Shown: positions 1-14,724 of the stretch, piece by piece
How positions within the stretch are numbered: position 1 is the first letter of the stretch
How the letters are laid out: every line of letters begins with the position of its first letter
From: the human T2T-CHM13v2.0 reference genome, Homo sapiens
DNA: 64,000 nt
Strand: one strand, 5' to 3'
Assembly: GCF_009914755.1 (NCBI RefSeq)
Contig: NC_060935.1
Position numbers and translations under genes: made by a program
The notes under the pieces: model-generated
The model's input: only the letters and a program-made list of their open reading frames with translations
What the model was told of the DNA's origin: nothing
Database searches by the model: none

Positions 1-350
1 ATGAAGTCAAAAGAGTAGGGCCTTAATTTCAAAGGACTAGTGTCTTTATAAGAAGAGGAATAGACACAAAAGATCTCTCCCTCCCACCCATCTCCTCCAC
101 TGCCACTTTCCCTCTCCCTCTCTTTTTCCCTCTCCCTCTTGATTTTTCTCTGTGCATGCACAAAGCAAAGGCCCTGTGTGAAAACACCTGGAAGACAGCA
201 AGCCAAGAAGTGAGGCTTCACCTGAAACTATTCCTGCTCCTACCGTGATCTTGGACTTCCAGCTTTGAGAGCTGTGAGAAAATACATTTCTGTTGTTTAA
301 TCCACCCACTCTGTAGTATTTTGTTTTGGCAGCCTCAGCAGGCTAATATA
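1..350 (+). mobile_element. MLT1A/B-type MaLR 5' LTR (cut by window start)
   Basis: MLT1 LTR motifs 'cttggacttccagc...ctgtgagaaaatacatttctgttgtttaa...gtattttgttttggcagc...ctaata', followed directly by MaLR internal sequence. Confidence 0.85.
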
Positions 351-1528
351 GATTTTAGTACTGTGAAGTGGGGTGCTGATTTAACAAATACCCAAAAGTG
401 TAGAAGTGGCTTTGACCCTGGGTGGGGGGTAAAAGCTGGGAGAAATTTGAAGTCCAGGCTAGTAAAAGCCTAGATTGTCTTAAGAGACCAGTAGCAGAAA
501 TATGTACATTAAGGTGATTTTGGTGAGTGCTCAGCATGAAAAGAGGAGAGCTGGAGAGAAAGTATCACCTTAGAGAAGACATGTATCACTAGGAACAGAA
601 TGTTGGTAGAAATATGAACATTAAAGGTGCTTCTGGGAGGTCTCAGACACAAATCAGGAACATGCTGTTAGGAACTGGAAAGAAGGCAATCATGTGATAA
701 AGTGGCAAAGAATTTGGCTAAATTGTGTTCTAGTGTTTTGTGGAAGGTGGGACTTGTGAGTGATAAAATTGGTTATTTAGTTGAGATTTCATAAAATTGT
801 TGAAGTTACGGCTTAGTTTTCTTTTACTGCTTATAGTAAAATGAGAGCGGAAAGAGATAGATTGAAGAAGTTATTTAGCAAAAAGAAAACAGGACTTGAA
901 GATTTGAATAATTCTCTGCCTGTGCATGTTGCCAAAAAATGAGAAAGTGTGCTCTGGATGAAACACATAGGATGAGGCTGGACAATTCATAAATCACTCT
1001 CTAAAGGATTACCCACAGAATTTAATCAGCTGTCTTAACTGAAGACAGAAATAGCAATGGGATTATACCAGCAGAAATACTTCCCACAGGGGCTATCAGG
1101 AGTAGAAACAATGCAACAGAATAAAAGAAAGCTGTCAGGCCTCAGAGATCCTACAGGATGGGACAACAGGGCTACCTGATTGGGAACATGTGCTTCTCTA
1201 CAAGAAAATAGAAGAATGGTCCCAAAGACAATTCAGAGATCATCTGGGCTGCTATTCCTACCATAAACCAAGCAGACAAGTCTGTTTTCTCCTCAGCTTC
1301 AGAGGATGGAGCCACCTCCTTGGTTTTAGTGGGCCAGGATGACGCACTGGCCAGTGCCTCAAGGACAAGGCCACTGCTCAGGGTCCTGGGGGTAGGGCAC
1401 CCCACAGAACTGAGGGTGCAGGGTCACCATGGAGAGCTGAGAAGGTGGGGCTGCTGCAACCCCCGTGGGTTTGGAGTGCAGAGAGGCCAGCCAGAGAGGA
1501 TTATTCTCAAGCCTTAAGAGCAAACGAA

Positions 1529-1779
1529 CAGACATAGGGGCCTATTTGAAGGGGAAAGGTGGGAGGAGGAAGAGGTTCAGAAAGAAAAAAAAAAAAACCC
1601 GTTAGGTACTAAGCATAGTGTTTTGGTGATGATAATCTGTACACTAAACCGCTGAGTCACAAGTTTACCTATATAACCAACCTGCACATGTATCCCTGAA
1701 CCTAAAATAAAAGTTAAAATATTAAATATATACTAATATTAAATATACATAAATATTAAATATATATTAATTATTTGTA
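1529..1779 (+). mobile_element. L1PA (older, ~PA13-16) 3'-end fragment nested in MLT1-int
   Basis: 'aacctgcacatgtatccctgaacctaaaataaaagtt' L1 3' terminus; degenerate TSD aagagcaaacgaa (1516-1528) / aagatcaaatgaa (1780-1792). Confidence 0.85.
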
Positions 1780-1966
1780 AAGATCAAATGAAATTTGCCT
1801 TGCTAGATTTTTGACTTGTTTGGGACCTGCCACCCTTTCTTCTTTCTGATTTCTCCCTTTGGGAATGTGATTGTCTAAATTATTCCAGTCTCACCGTTGT
1901 ATTTTAGAAGCACAAAACCCGTAGTTTCACAGGTTCACAGTAGGAGAGGATTATTAGTATGAATCA

Positions 1967-2695
<729 letters not shown>

Positions 2696-2718
2696 CCAAC
2701 CCATAGTACCATTATAAC

Positions 2719-3079
2719 TGATATGGTTTGAGTGTGTCTTCACCCAAATCTCATCTTGAATTGTAGCTCTCATAATTCCCACATGTTGTGGGAGGGACCT
2801 GTGGGAGATAACTGAATCATGGGGGCGGTTTTCCCCATACTGTTCTCCTGGTCTTGAATAAGTCTCGCGAGATCTGATGGTTTTACAAGGGTTTTCTCCT
2901 TTCGTTTGCCTCTCATCCTCTCTTGCCTGCCACCATGTAAGACATGGCTTTCTCTTTCTGCCATGATTGTGAGCCCTCCCCAGCCACACTGAACTGTGAG
3001 TCCATTAAACCTCTTTTTCTTTATAAATTACCCAGTCTTGGGTATGTCTTTATCAACAGCATGAAAATGGACTATTACA
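2719..3079 (+). mobile_element. THE1 (B/C) solo LTR
   Basis: 'tgatatggtttg...cacccaaatctcatcttgaattgtagct' to 'ggactattaca'; ~360 bp with TG...CA termini. Confidence 0.93.
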
Positions 3080-3299
3080 ATGATCCTTTGGTCATAATGG
3101 TTATTGTGGGCCATGGCTTGGTAAAGATATCTAGTACCTGAATATGAACATAAGGCTCTAAATCCAGATATTGTCGGCATCTATTTCTCTGCCCTTCAAT
3201 AAACTAGCCTAAGAACAGAGCCAAAACAGAAGCCAAAGAGCTTCAAAGTCTGTGGAAAGAAACTGAACTTCACAGTTTATCATTCACATACATTTAAAT

Positions 3300-3644
3300 C
3301 AGCAGTCCCCAATCTTTTTGGTACCAGGGACTGATTTCAGGGAAGGTAATTCTTCCACTGATGGGGGTTGGGAGTGGATGGTTTGGGGATAAAACTGCTT
3401 CACCTCAGATCATTGGGCATTAGTTAGAGTCTCATAAGGAGCATGCAACCTAGATCCCTCACATATGCAGTTCACAGTACGGTTGGCCCTCCTATAAGAA
3501 TCTAATGGCACAGCTGATCTGACAGGAGGCAGAGCTCTGGCAGCAATGCTCACTTGCCTGTCACACACCTCCTGCTGTGCGGCCTAGTTCCTAACAGGCC
3601 ATGAACCAGTACAAGTCTGTGGCCCCAGGAGTTGGGGCCCCCTG
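3300..3644. mobile_element. MER1B (hAT-Charlie non-autonomous DNA transposon)
   Basis: TIRs cagcagtccccaa / ttggggccccctg; 8-bp TSD atttaaat (3292-3299) / gtttaaat (3645-3652). Confidence 0.9.
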
Positions 3645-3825
3645 GTTTAAATGATAGAAAGAAGCTATATTTAGAAAAGACTGGAGATGGTATTCTAATA
3701 AGAGGAGTTATAAAATTTTTATGAATTACTCCATGGCAGGGTGAAGAGCAGACTGCCATCATCCCCTAGTGAATGCTATGGAATCCATACAATCTCCCCA
3801 ATTGCAAAGAGGCCAACTCATCTTT

Positions 3826-4525
3826 TTTTATTCATTTATTTTTATTTTTGTATTATACTTTAAGTTCTAGGGTACATGTGCACAACTTGCAGGTTTGTTA
3901 TATATGTATACACGTGCCATGTTGGTGTGCTTCACCCATTAACTCATCGTTTACATTAGGTATGTCTCCTAATGCTATCCCTCCCCCTGCCCCCCATCCC
4001 ACAACAGGCCCCAGTGTGTGATGTTCCCCTTCCTGTATCCAAGTGTTCTCATTGTTCAATTCCCACCTATGTGTGAGAACATGCAGTGTTTGGTTTTTTG
4101 TCCTTGTGATAGTTGGCTGAGAATGATGGTTTCCAGCTTCACCCGTGTCCCTACAAAGGACATGAAGTCATCATTTTATTATGGCTGCATAGTATTCCAT
4201 GGTGTATATGTGCCACATTTTCTTAATCCAGTCTATGATTGTTGGATATTTGGGTTGGTTCCAAGTCTTTGCTATTGTGAGTAGAGCCGCAATAAACATA
4301 CGTGCTCATGTGTCTTTATAGCAGCATGATTTATATTCCTTTGGGTATATACCCAGTAATGGGATGGCTGGGTCAAATGGTATTTCTAGTTCTAGATCCC
4401 TGAGGAACCGCCACACTATCTTCCACAATGGTTGAACTAGTTTACAGTCCCACCAACAGTGTAAAAGTGTTCCTATTTCTCCACATCCTCTCCAGCACCT
4501 GTTATTTCCTGACTTTTTAATGATC
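3826..4525 (-). mobile_element. 5'-truncated L1PA (~PA4-6): ORF2 C-terminus and 3' UTR
   Basis: ORF 4306-4533(-) matches the L1 ORF2 C-terminus ([28 protein letters not shown]); TSD gaggccaactcatcttt (3809-3825) / gaggccaactaatcttt (4526-4542). Confidence 0.96.
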
Positions 4526-4914
4526 GAGGCCAACTAATCTTTATATTTTTGTTTGTTTAGTTTATTTAAGATGTATACAAAGTGTGTGACTGTGAGGAGT
4601 GGAGGGGAATGGGGAAGAAGTTATAAGGTCCTGGCATCAGAGACAATATTGAAAGTTTGAAGAAGGCATAGTCTTCCTTTTCACAACAACTTTTTTTCCT
4701 AATCAATATTATTTTTATCTTGGGCTTTCCCAGTGAGCTATATAATGTTTTGAAAATACGTGTAAAGAAAATAAAATGTAAAGATAGCTACTGTGTTAAG
4801 AAATTAATCAAGGCTGCAAGACAGTGATGATTCAACTTTCATAACAAAAGGTAAAGCTGAATATCTTTCCAATAATCTGATTATGCTTAAACACAACACC
4901 TTTTAAAATTGCTT

Positions 4915-5395
4915 TTTGCTTCAACTTCTGTTTTTAAGTTCAGGGGTACATGTGCATGATGTGCAGGTTTGTTACATAGGTAAACATGTGCCATGGCATG
5001 TGCCATGGTGGTTTGCTGCACAGATCAATCCATCGCTTAGGTATTAAGCTCAGCATACATTAGCTAGTCTTTCTGATGTTCTCCTTCTTCCCACCCCTCC
5101 CCTCAACAGGCCCCAGTGTGTCCATGTGTTCTCACCATTCAGCTCCCACTTATAAGTGAGAACATCCAGTGTTTGGTTTCCTGTCCCTGCAGTACTTTGC
5201 TGAGAATAATAGCTTCCATTTATCGAAGCTCCACTTATGTCCCTGCAAAGGACATGATATTGAGCTCCATTTATGTCCCTGCAAAGGACATGATCTCATT
5301 CCTTTTCATGGCTGCATAGTATTCCATGGTGTATATATGTGCCACATTTTCTTCATCTAGTCTATTACTGATGGGCATTTAGGTTGATTCCATGT
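4915..5395 (-). mobile_element. L1PA (~PA8-13) 3'-end fragment with internal duplications
   Basis: 'ttaagttcaggggtacatgtgca...gtttgttacataggtaaac', antisense L1 3' UTR. Confidence 0.9.
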
Positions 5396-6960
5396 ACCTA
5401 ACACATTGAAACACATGGCTAAGGTAAATCGTAAAGGCTTTAAAAAGTTGTTACACTGAATTCAATCTTTGTTCTGCTAAGAAGTAGGTTTATGACCTGG
5501 GACCTTTTGTTTCCTTCTCTGTGTAATAAAGGTAATAAAGTTTGCCTCCTATGATTTTTGGAGGATTAAATATGCTAACATATTAGAAGTTTCTACAATA
5601 GTGCTAGAATAGGGGCATCATGAAAGTTATTTGATTTTCTTACTTCCTTTCTCAGTTCTTGTGTTTATACTTTGGTTACTAAAAAGTTAAAATCACTCTG
5701 AATGTCAATTCCCACATGTTATAAACTAAACAGTATAAACATTTCTAATAGGTTTATTATGGGGTATATGTTAATTACTCCATGAAATGATGTGATAATA
5801 TAACAAGTCCTATGATCATATTTATTTTGTGTAAAATTATGCGGAGAAATGGACATTAATGCCCACCTGGGGACCTTTTCTCAGACAAACGTCTTCCTTT
5901 TATAAGTAGCTGTGGGGCTGAAGAGATGAAAAGTGACAGAAAAAGTGTTAGCAAACTCGTTTTAATGTACTTTAAGCATCCATCACTAACCAACAGGTAA
6001 TATAACTGTATGTCTAGGTTTACTCGTTGAATCTTCTCTACCACATAGTGAATGGGTCACAGCAAAAGATTTAGTGCTACAAATTTAGAGTGATCACATT
6101 ACGTTTTTTGAGCAGGAAAGTTTCTAGCTCTCAAACTTATACAAGATTAAATCATAACAGACATCACATGTTAGAGAGTTGATAGATCCATGCATGTTAT
6201 AACAGATAAAGTGCAGGGTAAATATGCACTTCCATACACACACTCAGCACCCTTTACATTTATCTTCTCTTTGAATTACTCCAGGGCTATCCCAACATCC
6301 TTAATGAAATCAGACATAGACTGAATTACATTCTTTTAAAACTGGAACAATCACACATCAACTTACATTAAGTTCCTTCCTTGCAGATCCAACTGGTGCA
6401 ATATAGAACTCACATTTTGACCTCCATTTGTTATTCTCATTTGTTCATTCTGCTATAAATTTGATTTGATCTCATTATAATATCCTTTAAAGTACTAAAT
6501 CTTTCATTAGTAAAAAGACACATGAAGCTTTTGAACTAAGCTGTTTTCCCATTTTCCTATTCTGGTCTGTCAGAATTTGTCATCTGCAAGTCTGTGAAAT
6601 ACTTGCCTGCCATATTTAGCTAGGAGAAGCCTTGAAATCTGTTTTCAATCAGAAAAATATGGACAGCCACACTTCCCTCCAAATAAGAAGAATATGAAGG
6701 ACATCTTCAATCACCATTGGCAGTCTACTCAGAATGAGTTATGACAACAGCAGTGACCCAAGTGAGAAGAAAATAACCTCTACTGTTGCCAGGCTGCCAG
6801 GTGCTAGTGACTCCCTGAAGTACACTTCCAGGTCCTAGAAAACTGATCAGATGTGTGTCAATGGCCACAAACACCTTGCCTGGTTCTTAAACAATAAAAA
6901 TGAAAAAGAGAAAAAACGTATAACAATGGCTGGCAACTACCTACACTTAAAAATATAAAT

Positions 6961-7360
<400 letters not shown>

Positions 7361-7523
7361 TTAAGTAAATTGTGGTTCACTTAGCTAAAATATACTCTGA
7401 AGTCATTAAAAATAGAAATGTTTATAAAGAATGTTTAACATGAAGAGCTTATGATGAATTGTTTAGTCATAATTTTCCCCTTCATTTCCTATGTTCATTC
7501 TCAATTTCTATTTTTTATTCATG

Positions 7524-7548
7524 TATATATATATATATATATATATAT
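7524..7548. repeat. (TA)n microsatellite
   Basis: Visible TA run. Confidence 0.9.
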
Positions 7549-7554
7549 CACATT

Positions 7555-8460
<906 letters not shown>

Positions 8461-10049
8461 TTCGTTCTCAAGCCTACCTCGTATGCAGTTGAAACAAAGC
8501 ACACACATACACAAACACAAAACCTTATTTAATAAAGGTTTCTTACATTACCTAATTTTGGCACACTGTAACTGTGAAGGCTACAGATATTTTACCTTCT
8601 TAAAGAAGCAAATGTCTGAGCTATGACATTGCCCTTTTATTGCAGCAAGACTTAGTCCTTGCAACTGTTGCAACTGTTCATTTTAAAACAGGCTCATTTA
8701 CCCATCACCATTGTAAATTTAAACAAAATTGAAGAACAGAGAAAGATCTGAAACATTACAGGGAATTTAGGACACAGACACAATAGAGCGGTGAGTGGAT
8801 AAGTGAAATGACCGCTATGCAATCAACATTAACTTTGCATTTTAATGTCAAGAAAGAAAAACGACATTGAGATAAACAACTTTGAGAACAGTAAATGTCC
8901 CAAATTAAGAGTTTAAAAATAGACTTCAGGATAAAAATGACATTTTTCTCTTTAATTACATTCTTAAGTAAAAAAAAAAAAAAAGGTAGGTAGAAACTGA
9001 AAATAGATTTCACTAACTGCTAGCTTTTCTAACAGCCCAGTGTGTGAAAATCCAGCTGTTCTTTTCTGCTTCATACATAGCAGCAACAATGGTAAAGACG
9101 ATGCCTTCCTTATTTGCTGACAGTTGTGTTGATGATGCAGGAGGCAAAATAGCATTTCTCTTCTGGGCAATGTTAATTATGGAGTGCTGACAGGAGTTCA
9201 AAAATAAATCCAGATTCTTCAAGTTAATGCCCCACATCAATATAGTGTGAAAAATATAATACACTGACAAGTATGAGAAAAGTGTAGATTTTGCATGATC
9301 TCCTCTTTCTCAATAAGTAAAAAGATTCAGAGTGAATTCAAAAACTAAAAATAATAAACTATAAAAGAAAAACAATTTAGATACCTATCTATGTTTTTAA
9401 TTTATATTGCTCACTTGATTCTTTAAAGCTGAAAGAATATTCAAACTTATGCTCTTTTTTTTAGATGATATGACCAAGGCTCTGAGAGATTAAAAGAAAC
9501 GGGTCATGAGTGGAAGAATACAAATTTTATTCCAGATTTTTATCTCTTCATCTGATACTACAACATCCCTATTTTTCAGGCCAAATTTCTGAACACAGCC
9601 CATCAATTTTAAAATGATTTATATGGACAGTGAGTTTGGATTTCCAAAATTTTGGCCATATAATGAATGGACTATAACAACACCGCGTAGTTCTTCAGAC
9701 AGTGCCCATGTTCTGTTAGAAATTACTTAATGACACTAACTTAAAATGGAACACTTGAATTTTCTTTCTAGTATTTAGCAACTATCTGGTAACTATTGTC
9801 AAATCAAAATACATAGAAGCTTCAATAAATATTAATCTCCACTATAATTTTTAAAGCAGGACTTCAATATACATATTATCTGAATACTTTAAAAATAAAG
9901 AAACCAAGAGGAATACCCCTTAAGCAACTTGCCCAAGGTCAAACAAGAAAATAAATGTTTATATTTTATACTGAAGTCTATCTGAACACAAATCCCTGCT
10001 TTTCAATAATGCTAACTTGAGAAAAAGTATTTAGGCTTTAAAAATGGTG

Positions 10050-10430
10050 TGGTCCTTTGAACCAGTAATTTTGTTTAGAATTGTATTCTAAAAATAGAAT
10101 AAAGAACATGTACTATGACTTAGCTATAAGAATCTTAATATTGGCTATAGTGCCAAAAATTGGAATGAACTAGTGATGAAAAAGACTTGATTAAATTAAT
10201 TGTGTTGGGAGATGGTGGGGGTGGATGATGGGAGGTTGCTTGTTGGCTGCAATGTGCATTGCTTCTGTGATGAATATGTTAAAGACCCTGACTTCATTAC
10301 AATGCAATAAATTGATGTAGCAATATTGCACTTCTACCATGCATTAAAAAAATTTAAAAACTAAATTGCATTATGTTCACACAATAGAATAGTATGCAAC
10401 CATTAAAAATGTTGTAGAAAAATATCTATA
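10050..10430 (+). mobile_element. Ancient L1ME-like fragment containing a nested L1PB-type 3' end (~10207-10362)
   Basis: 'cctttgaaccagtaatt...' and 'acaatagaatagtatgcaaccattaaaaat' flank 'ccctgacttcattacaatgcaata...ttgcacttctacc' plus an A-rich tail. Confidence 0.6.
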
Positions 10431-10579
10431 GGAAAAATAATCCTAGCACACATAATCTTCTTAGTGAATTCCACTTAGCCTGCAAAGTTTAATTAAATGT
10501 TATTTTGGTGATATGTGTTCTCATCCAAATAAAATGAGGCCTACTCTCCTCTTTGCTTCCATAGGTCTACACATACGGC

Positions 10580-10760
10580 ATGTGGTATTATACTTAATTA
10601 TTTGGGTATGTGTTTTCCCTTACAGACTATGACTTCCTCAAGGTCACCAAAAAAAAAAAAAACTTTAGTCACCTTTGTTACTTCACCCATATCTAACACA
10701 GTGTATAGTGCATAGTTAAGAGGAGACAGTCAATAAATATCCACTGCAAAAATAAGTGAA
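10580..10760 (+). mobile_element. L2 3'-end fragment
   Basis: 'agactatgacttcctcaagg...tctaacacagtg...catagt...caataaatat'. Confidence 0.6.
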
Positions 10761-11271
10761 CAATCCTTGTCAGTATGTTCAACTTACTTTACTTAAGAAT
10801 CATATAGAAAGTGATCACATATCTATGGTTTACTGGGGAAAACTTTCCTGCTTTTTTACAATGAGAAGAAACAAACCCCTCCATTCTAGTTACCTTTGAT
10901 TCTGCCTTGCTGCCTTAAAGACAGAAATAGGTAATAATCTCAGCACACCTGTGATGCACTCACTGCACCTGACCCTGTGATGCAACAGTCTGGCAACCGC
11001 CTGAGCTAAGGCAGGGCTTTTAATGTGAATTTTATATATTAATGTAGAATATAGCAATAGGCTTCATACAATATATCTGTGAAAATTATCTTCAAAAAAT
11101 TTTGTAGATGTCTACTTTATGTGTATTTTCTAAGGATAGAGTTCTTTAGCTATATGCTCAGAAAGCCATTGGTCAAAAAAGTTTAAAGAATAATAATAGA
11201 TTCTATGTTGTTTTCAACATATTACTATTACCCCAAATCATCTTAACTTTCATATGCATATGCATATGTCA

Positions 11272-11578
11272 TTTTTTTTTTTTTTTTTTTTTTGAGACGG
11301 AGTCTTGCTGTGTCGCCCAGACTGGAGTGCAGTGTTGCGATCTCGGCTCACAGCAAGCTCCGCCTCCTGAATTCACGCCATTCTCCTGCCTCAGCCTCCA
11401 GAGTAGCTGGGACTACAGGCGCCTGCCACCACGCCCGGCTAAATTTTTGTGTGTGTTTTTAGTAGAGACGGGGTTTCACTGTGTTAGCCAGGATGGTCTC
11501 AATCTCCTGACCTCATGATCCGCCCACCTCGGCCTCCCAAAGTGCTGGGATTACAGGCTTGAGCCACCGCGCCCGGCC
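11272..11578 (-). mobile_element. AluY
   Basis: poly(T) then antisense Alu with 'gcaagctccgcc', 'cacgccattctc', 'gttagccaggatgg'; TSD gcatatgtca (11262-11271 / 11579-11588). Confidence 0.97.
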
Positions 11579-12659
11579 GCATATGTCACTTATTAAGTCA
11601 AATTTTCTTTGTTTTGTTTTCATTTTTGAGACTGGGGTGAGCTGACTTCTTATCGAAGCCCATTAAAATGTAGTTAATTATGGGTAGATTCGTTCATTAT
11701 TCTTTTCTGTAGACATTATAGTACAGACACAAGTACTCCCAACAAAATTACAAAAATTCCTCTGGGGATGAGAAAAGAGAGTTGCTATGTGCAGTTCAGT
11801 GAGGATGAAGATACTTTTCACCCTTGGCATCTGCACAGTCAGTATTTTCAAATTATCTAAAGAAAGTCAGAGAGCGGGTCATTGGGAAGAAAGTCAAATG
11901 CATAAGGGCCAGGAAAACAAAAAGAGTAAGAGAGGAAGTTTACAGAAGCCCATATCGGAAGACTGCCTTCAACTAAAACTGAAGAAATCTTCACACATTC
12001 TTGAAGTCCAGTCAAGTGTTTCTGTGTGTTCCTACATAAAGGTGTAGCTGTATTTAGAGCTGCCACATTTTCTATCGCCTGAAGGAATTTCCATTTATTT
12101 GCTATGGCACTTTTTCTTTTTTCTCTAGCAGGACCATCACACACTGTGGTTTAGCCCTGTGCCTACAACAATAGATTAGAAATTTTAGTTGGGAAAATCA
12201 CCCGGTGTTGACCTTATTCAGCTCCCTCTGCTCAATCACGTTTGTGTGCAGGGGATGAACCAGATGAAGTTTCAGAGATGCAATTCTGAATAAATAATTT
12301 TATTCAGAAAAAGTAGAATGTTCCCTCATCTACTGCACATGCCAGACAGAGGCTAGTACCAGTTTTAAAAATACTACAAAGGAAGCCTGAGCATTCTCAG
12401 AATCTGAAGACACATGAAGGATAATTGAAGGGATTCCAGAAAGCCCAGTTTCAGTAAGACAGAACAGGCATCATAGGGACCTATATGTGTTTTTGTATTA
12501 TTTGACCTGGAATTTTTTAAAATTAAAAGGCTAGTAGGGAGCCCCTTGAAGACTCTCTAAGATCACTAAATATGAAAGTTAAAATCAGAGTTTATACTAT
12601 TCCTGACTTGTATAAATTGCCTGAGGAAGGTGAGGTTTTTTATGCATTAGGAGACAGGA

Positions 12660-12845
12660 ATAATAGTAATAATAATGTTTCTTGAGAGCTTACTTTGTAC
12701 CAGGCATGCTCTACATGGCTTTACATGTACTAACTCACTGATTGTTATACCAAAGTGAAAACTATTATTATTTTCTTTCTGTCAATGAGGAAACAAGACA
12801 TAAGAATAAGAAGGAAGTTTTTCAAGGACATACAACTAGTAAGGA
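12660..12845 (-). mobile_element. MIR
   Basis: Antisense MIR core and tail 'cttactttgtaccaggca...atgaggaaac...aaggacatacaactagtaag'. Confidence 0.7.
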
Positions 12846-13021
12846 AGGGCTCATGCTCTTAAACAATATGAAATACCCCTCTCCAAGGGAGAGTTATGAA
12901 AATAGGAATCTCTCTGGTTATCTGCTGTGCAACATTCAACTTTTTTTGGCGGGGGGGTGTTATCCAAAATAGTGGATAATCTCTAGAAAACAGCTTTTTT
13001 TTTTTTCAAATAATTATCCTC

Positions 13022-13038
13022 CAATATTAAACACACAG

Positions 13039-13049
<11 letters not shown>
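13022..13049. repeat. (CA)n microsatellite
   Basis: Visible. Confidence 0.9.
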
Positions 13050-13069
<20 letters not shown>

Positions 13070-13486
13070 ATTCTACACGTCTGAAAGTACTTCCAATCAC
13101 AAGATTTTAAAGAATTTTACTTAGAATATATTGTCTATTTCACTGAGAAAAAAATGATTTGTGTGGAAACACAAGAAAAGATGATCACTTTTCCCATCTC
13201 ATATTTATCTAATTTAATAAACATAACTAAAAGCAGATATGTTGATATCCCAAGAAAATTGAGATGATTTAATGGGTAATTTTTCATCAGAAGTCATATA
13301 TTGGTTTATTTATTCAAATAACAAGAATTCATTTAACAACTACTTTGTTCTAGGCCAGTGTCTATGCACTGGGAATATATAGAAATGAATAAAACAGATT
13401 ACGTCTCTGACTTTGTGAACTTGAGTTAAAGATGTTACTACTATTAAATTACTGATGATTTCTCTTGGTTCAAGATATTCTGTATT

Positions 13487-14184
13487 TATTTATTTACTTA
13501 ACTTTTATTTTAAGTTCGGGGGTACAAATGTAAGTTTGTTACATAGGTAAACTTGTGTAATGGAGGTTTGTGGTACAAATTATTTTGTCACCCAGGTATT
13601 AAGCCTAGTACCCATTAGTTATTTTTTCTGATCTGCTTCCTCTTCCGACCCTCCACCTTCCGAAAGGACCCAGTGTGTGTTGTTCCCCTAATGTGCCCAA
13701 ACAAATTTACAAAAAACAACCTCATAAAAAAGTGGGCAAAGGACATGAACAGACACTTTTCAAAAGAAGACATATGTGCGGCCAACCATCATATGAAAAA
13801 AAAAAAAAACCTCAATATCACTGATTATTAGAGAAATGAAAATCAAAACACGATGAGATACCATTTAACACCAGTCAGAATGGCTATTATTACAAAGTCA
13901 AAAAATAGCAGATGCTGGCAAGGTTGTAGAGAAAAAGAAAATCTTATCACTGTTTATGGGAGTGTAAATTAGTTTAGCCATTGTGGAAGACAGTGTGGCA
14001 ATTCCTCAAAGACATAAAGACATAAATACCATTTGACCCAGCAATCCCATTACTAGCTATATACCCAAAGGAGTATAAATCATTCTATTATAAAGACATA
14101 TGCAGGAATAAGTTCATTGTATCACTATTTACAATAGTAAAGATATGGAATCAACCTAAATGCCCATCAATGATTGACTGGATA
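13487..14184 (-). mobile_element. L1PA (~PA13-16) insertion with 5' inversion: 13487-13697 antisense 3' end, 13698-14184 sense ORF2 segment
   Basis: Opposite-orientation L1 halves enclosed by one TSD, aagatattctgtatt (13472-13486) / aagacattctatatt (14185-14199). Confidence 0.9.
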
Positions 14185-14724
14185 AAGACATTCTATATTG
14201 TTAAAGTTTATAAATCTATACATTTCAAATGGGAAATATTGGAAAGAATAAATTTATACTTGCAAGATATACAAATAGAATTCCACACAAGAAACCATAG
14301 AGCTCAACTGGCATAGAGACAAATTCCTAACATCATTAGTTCTAGTTTTAGAATCTCCTATAAATACCCACACAGAGGACAGAATGCAAAGCCTGAATTT
14401 GTACTTATTTCTTCTTCTAGGGCACGCTACATCTTAAGAACTATCCACTCCAACACACATCCCAGTGAATAAGCATATCAATCTCATGGCTAACAACATA
14501 TCTTTGGATGTTTCACAACCAAATAAAATCTCACCTTCTAAGGGAGCAGAGAGTAGAAGAATGGTGAATTACATGGGCTAGAAATAGGAGCTTGATATAT
14601 AAGTATTTCAAATGATCAACTAGCAACAAGAGACAAAAACACACAATAGCAAAAGTAGGTACTGTAGATTACGATTCTACTTGAAATGTACATATGGTTG
14701 GTTAAATCCTCTTCTTATTGAAAA

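Noticed and set aside
4306-4533. ORF2-like peptides here and at 23827-24069 and 17490-17708
   Set aside because: Fragments of 5'-truncated L1s; not functional CDS.
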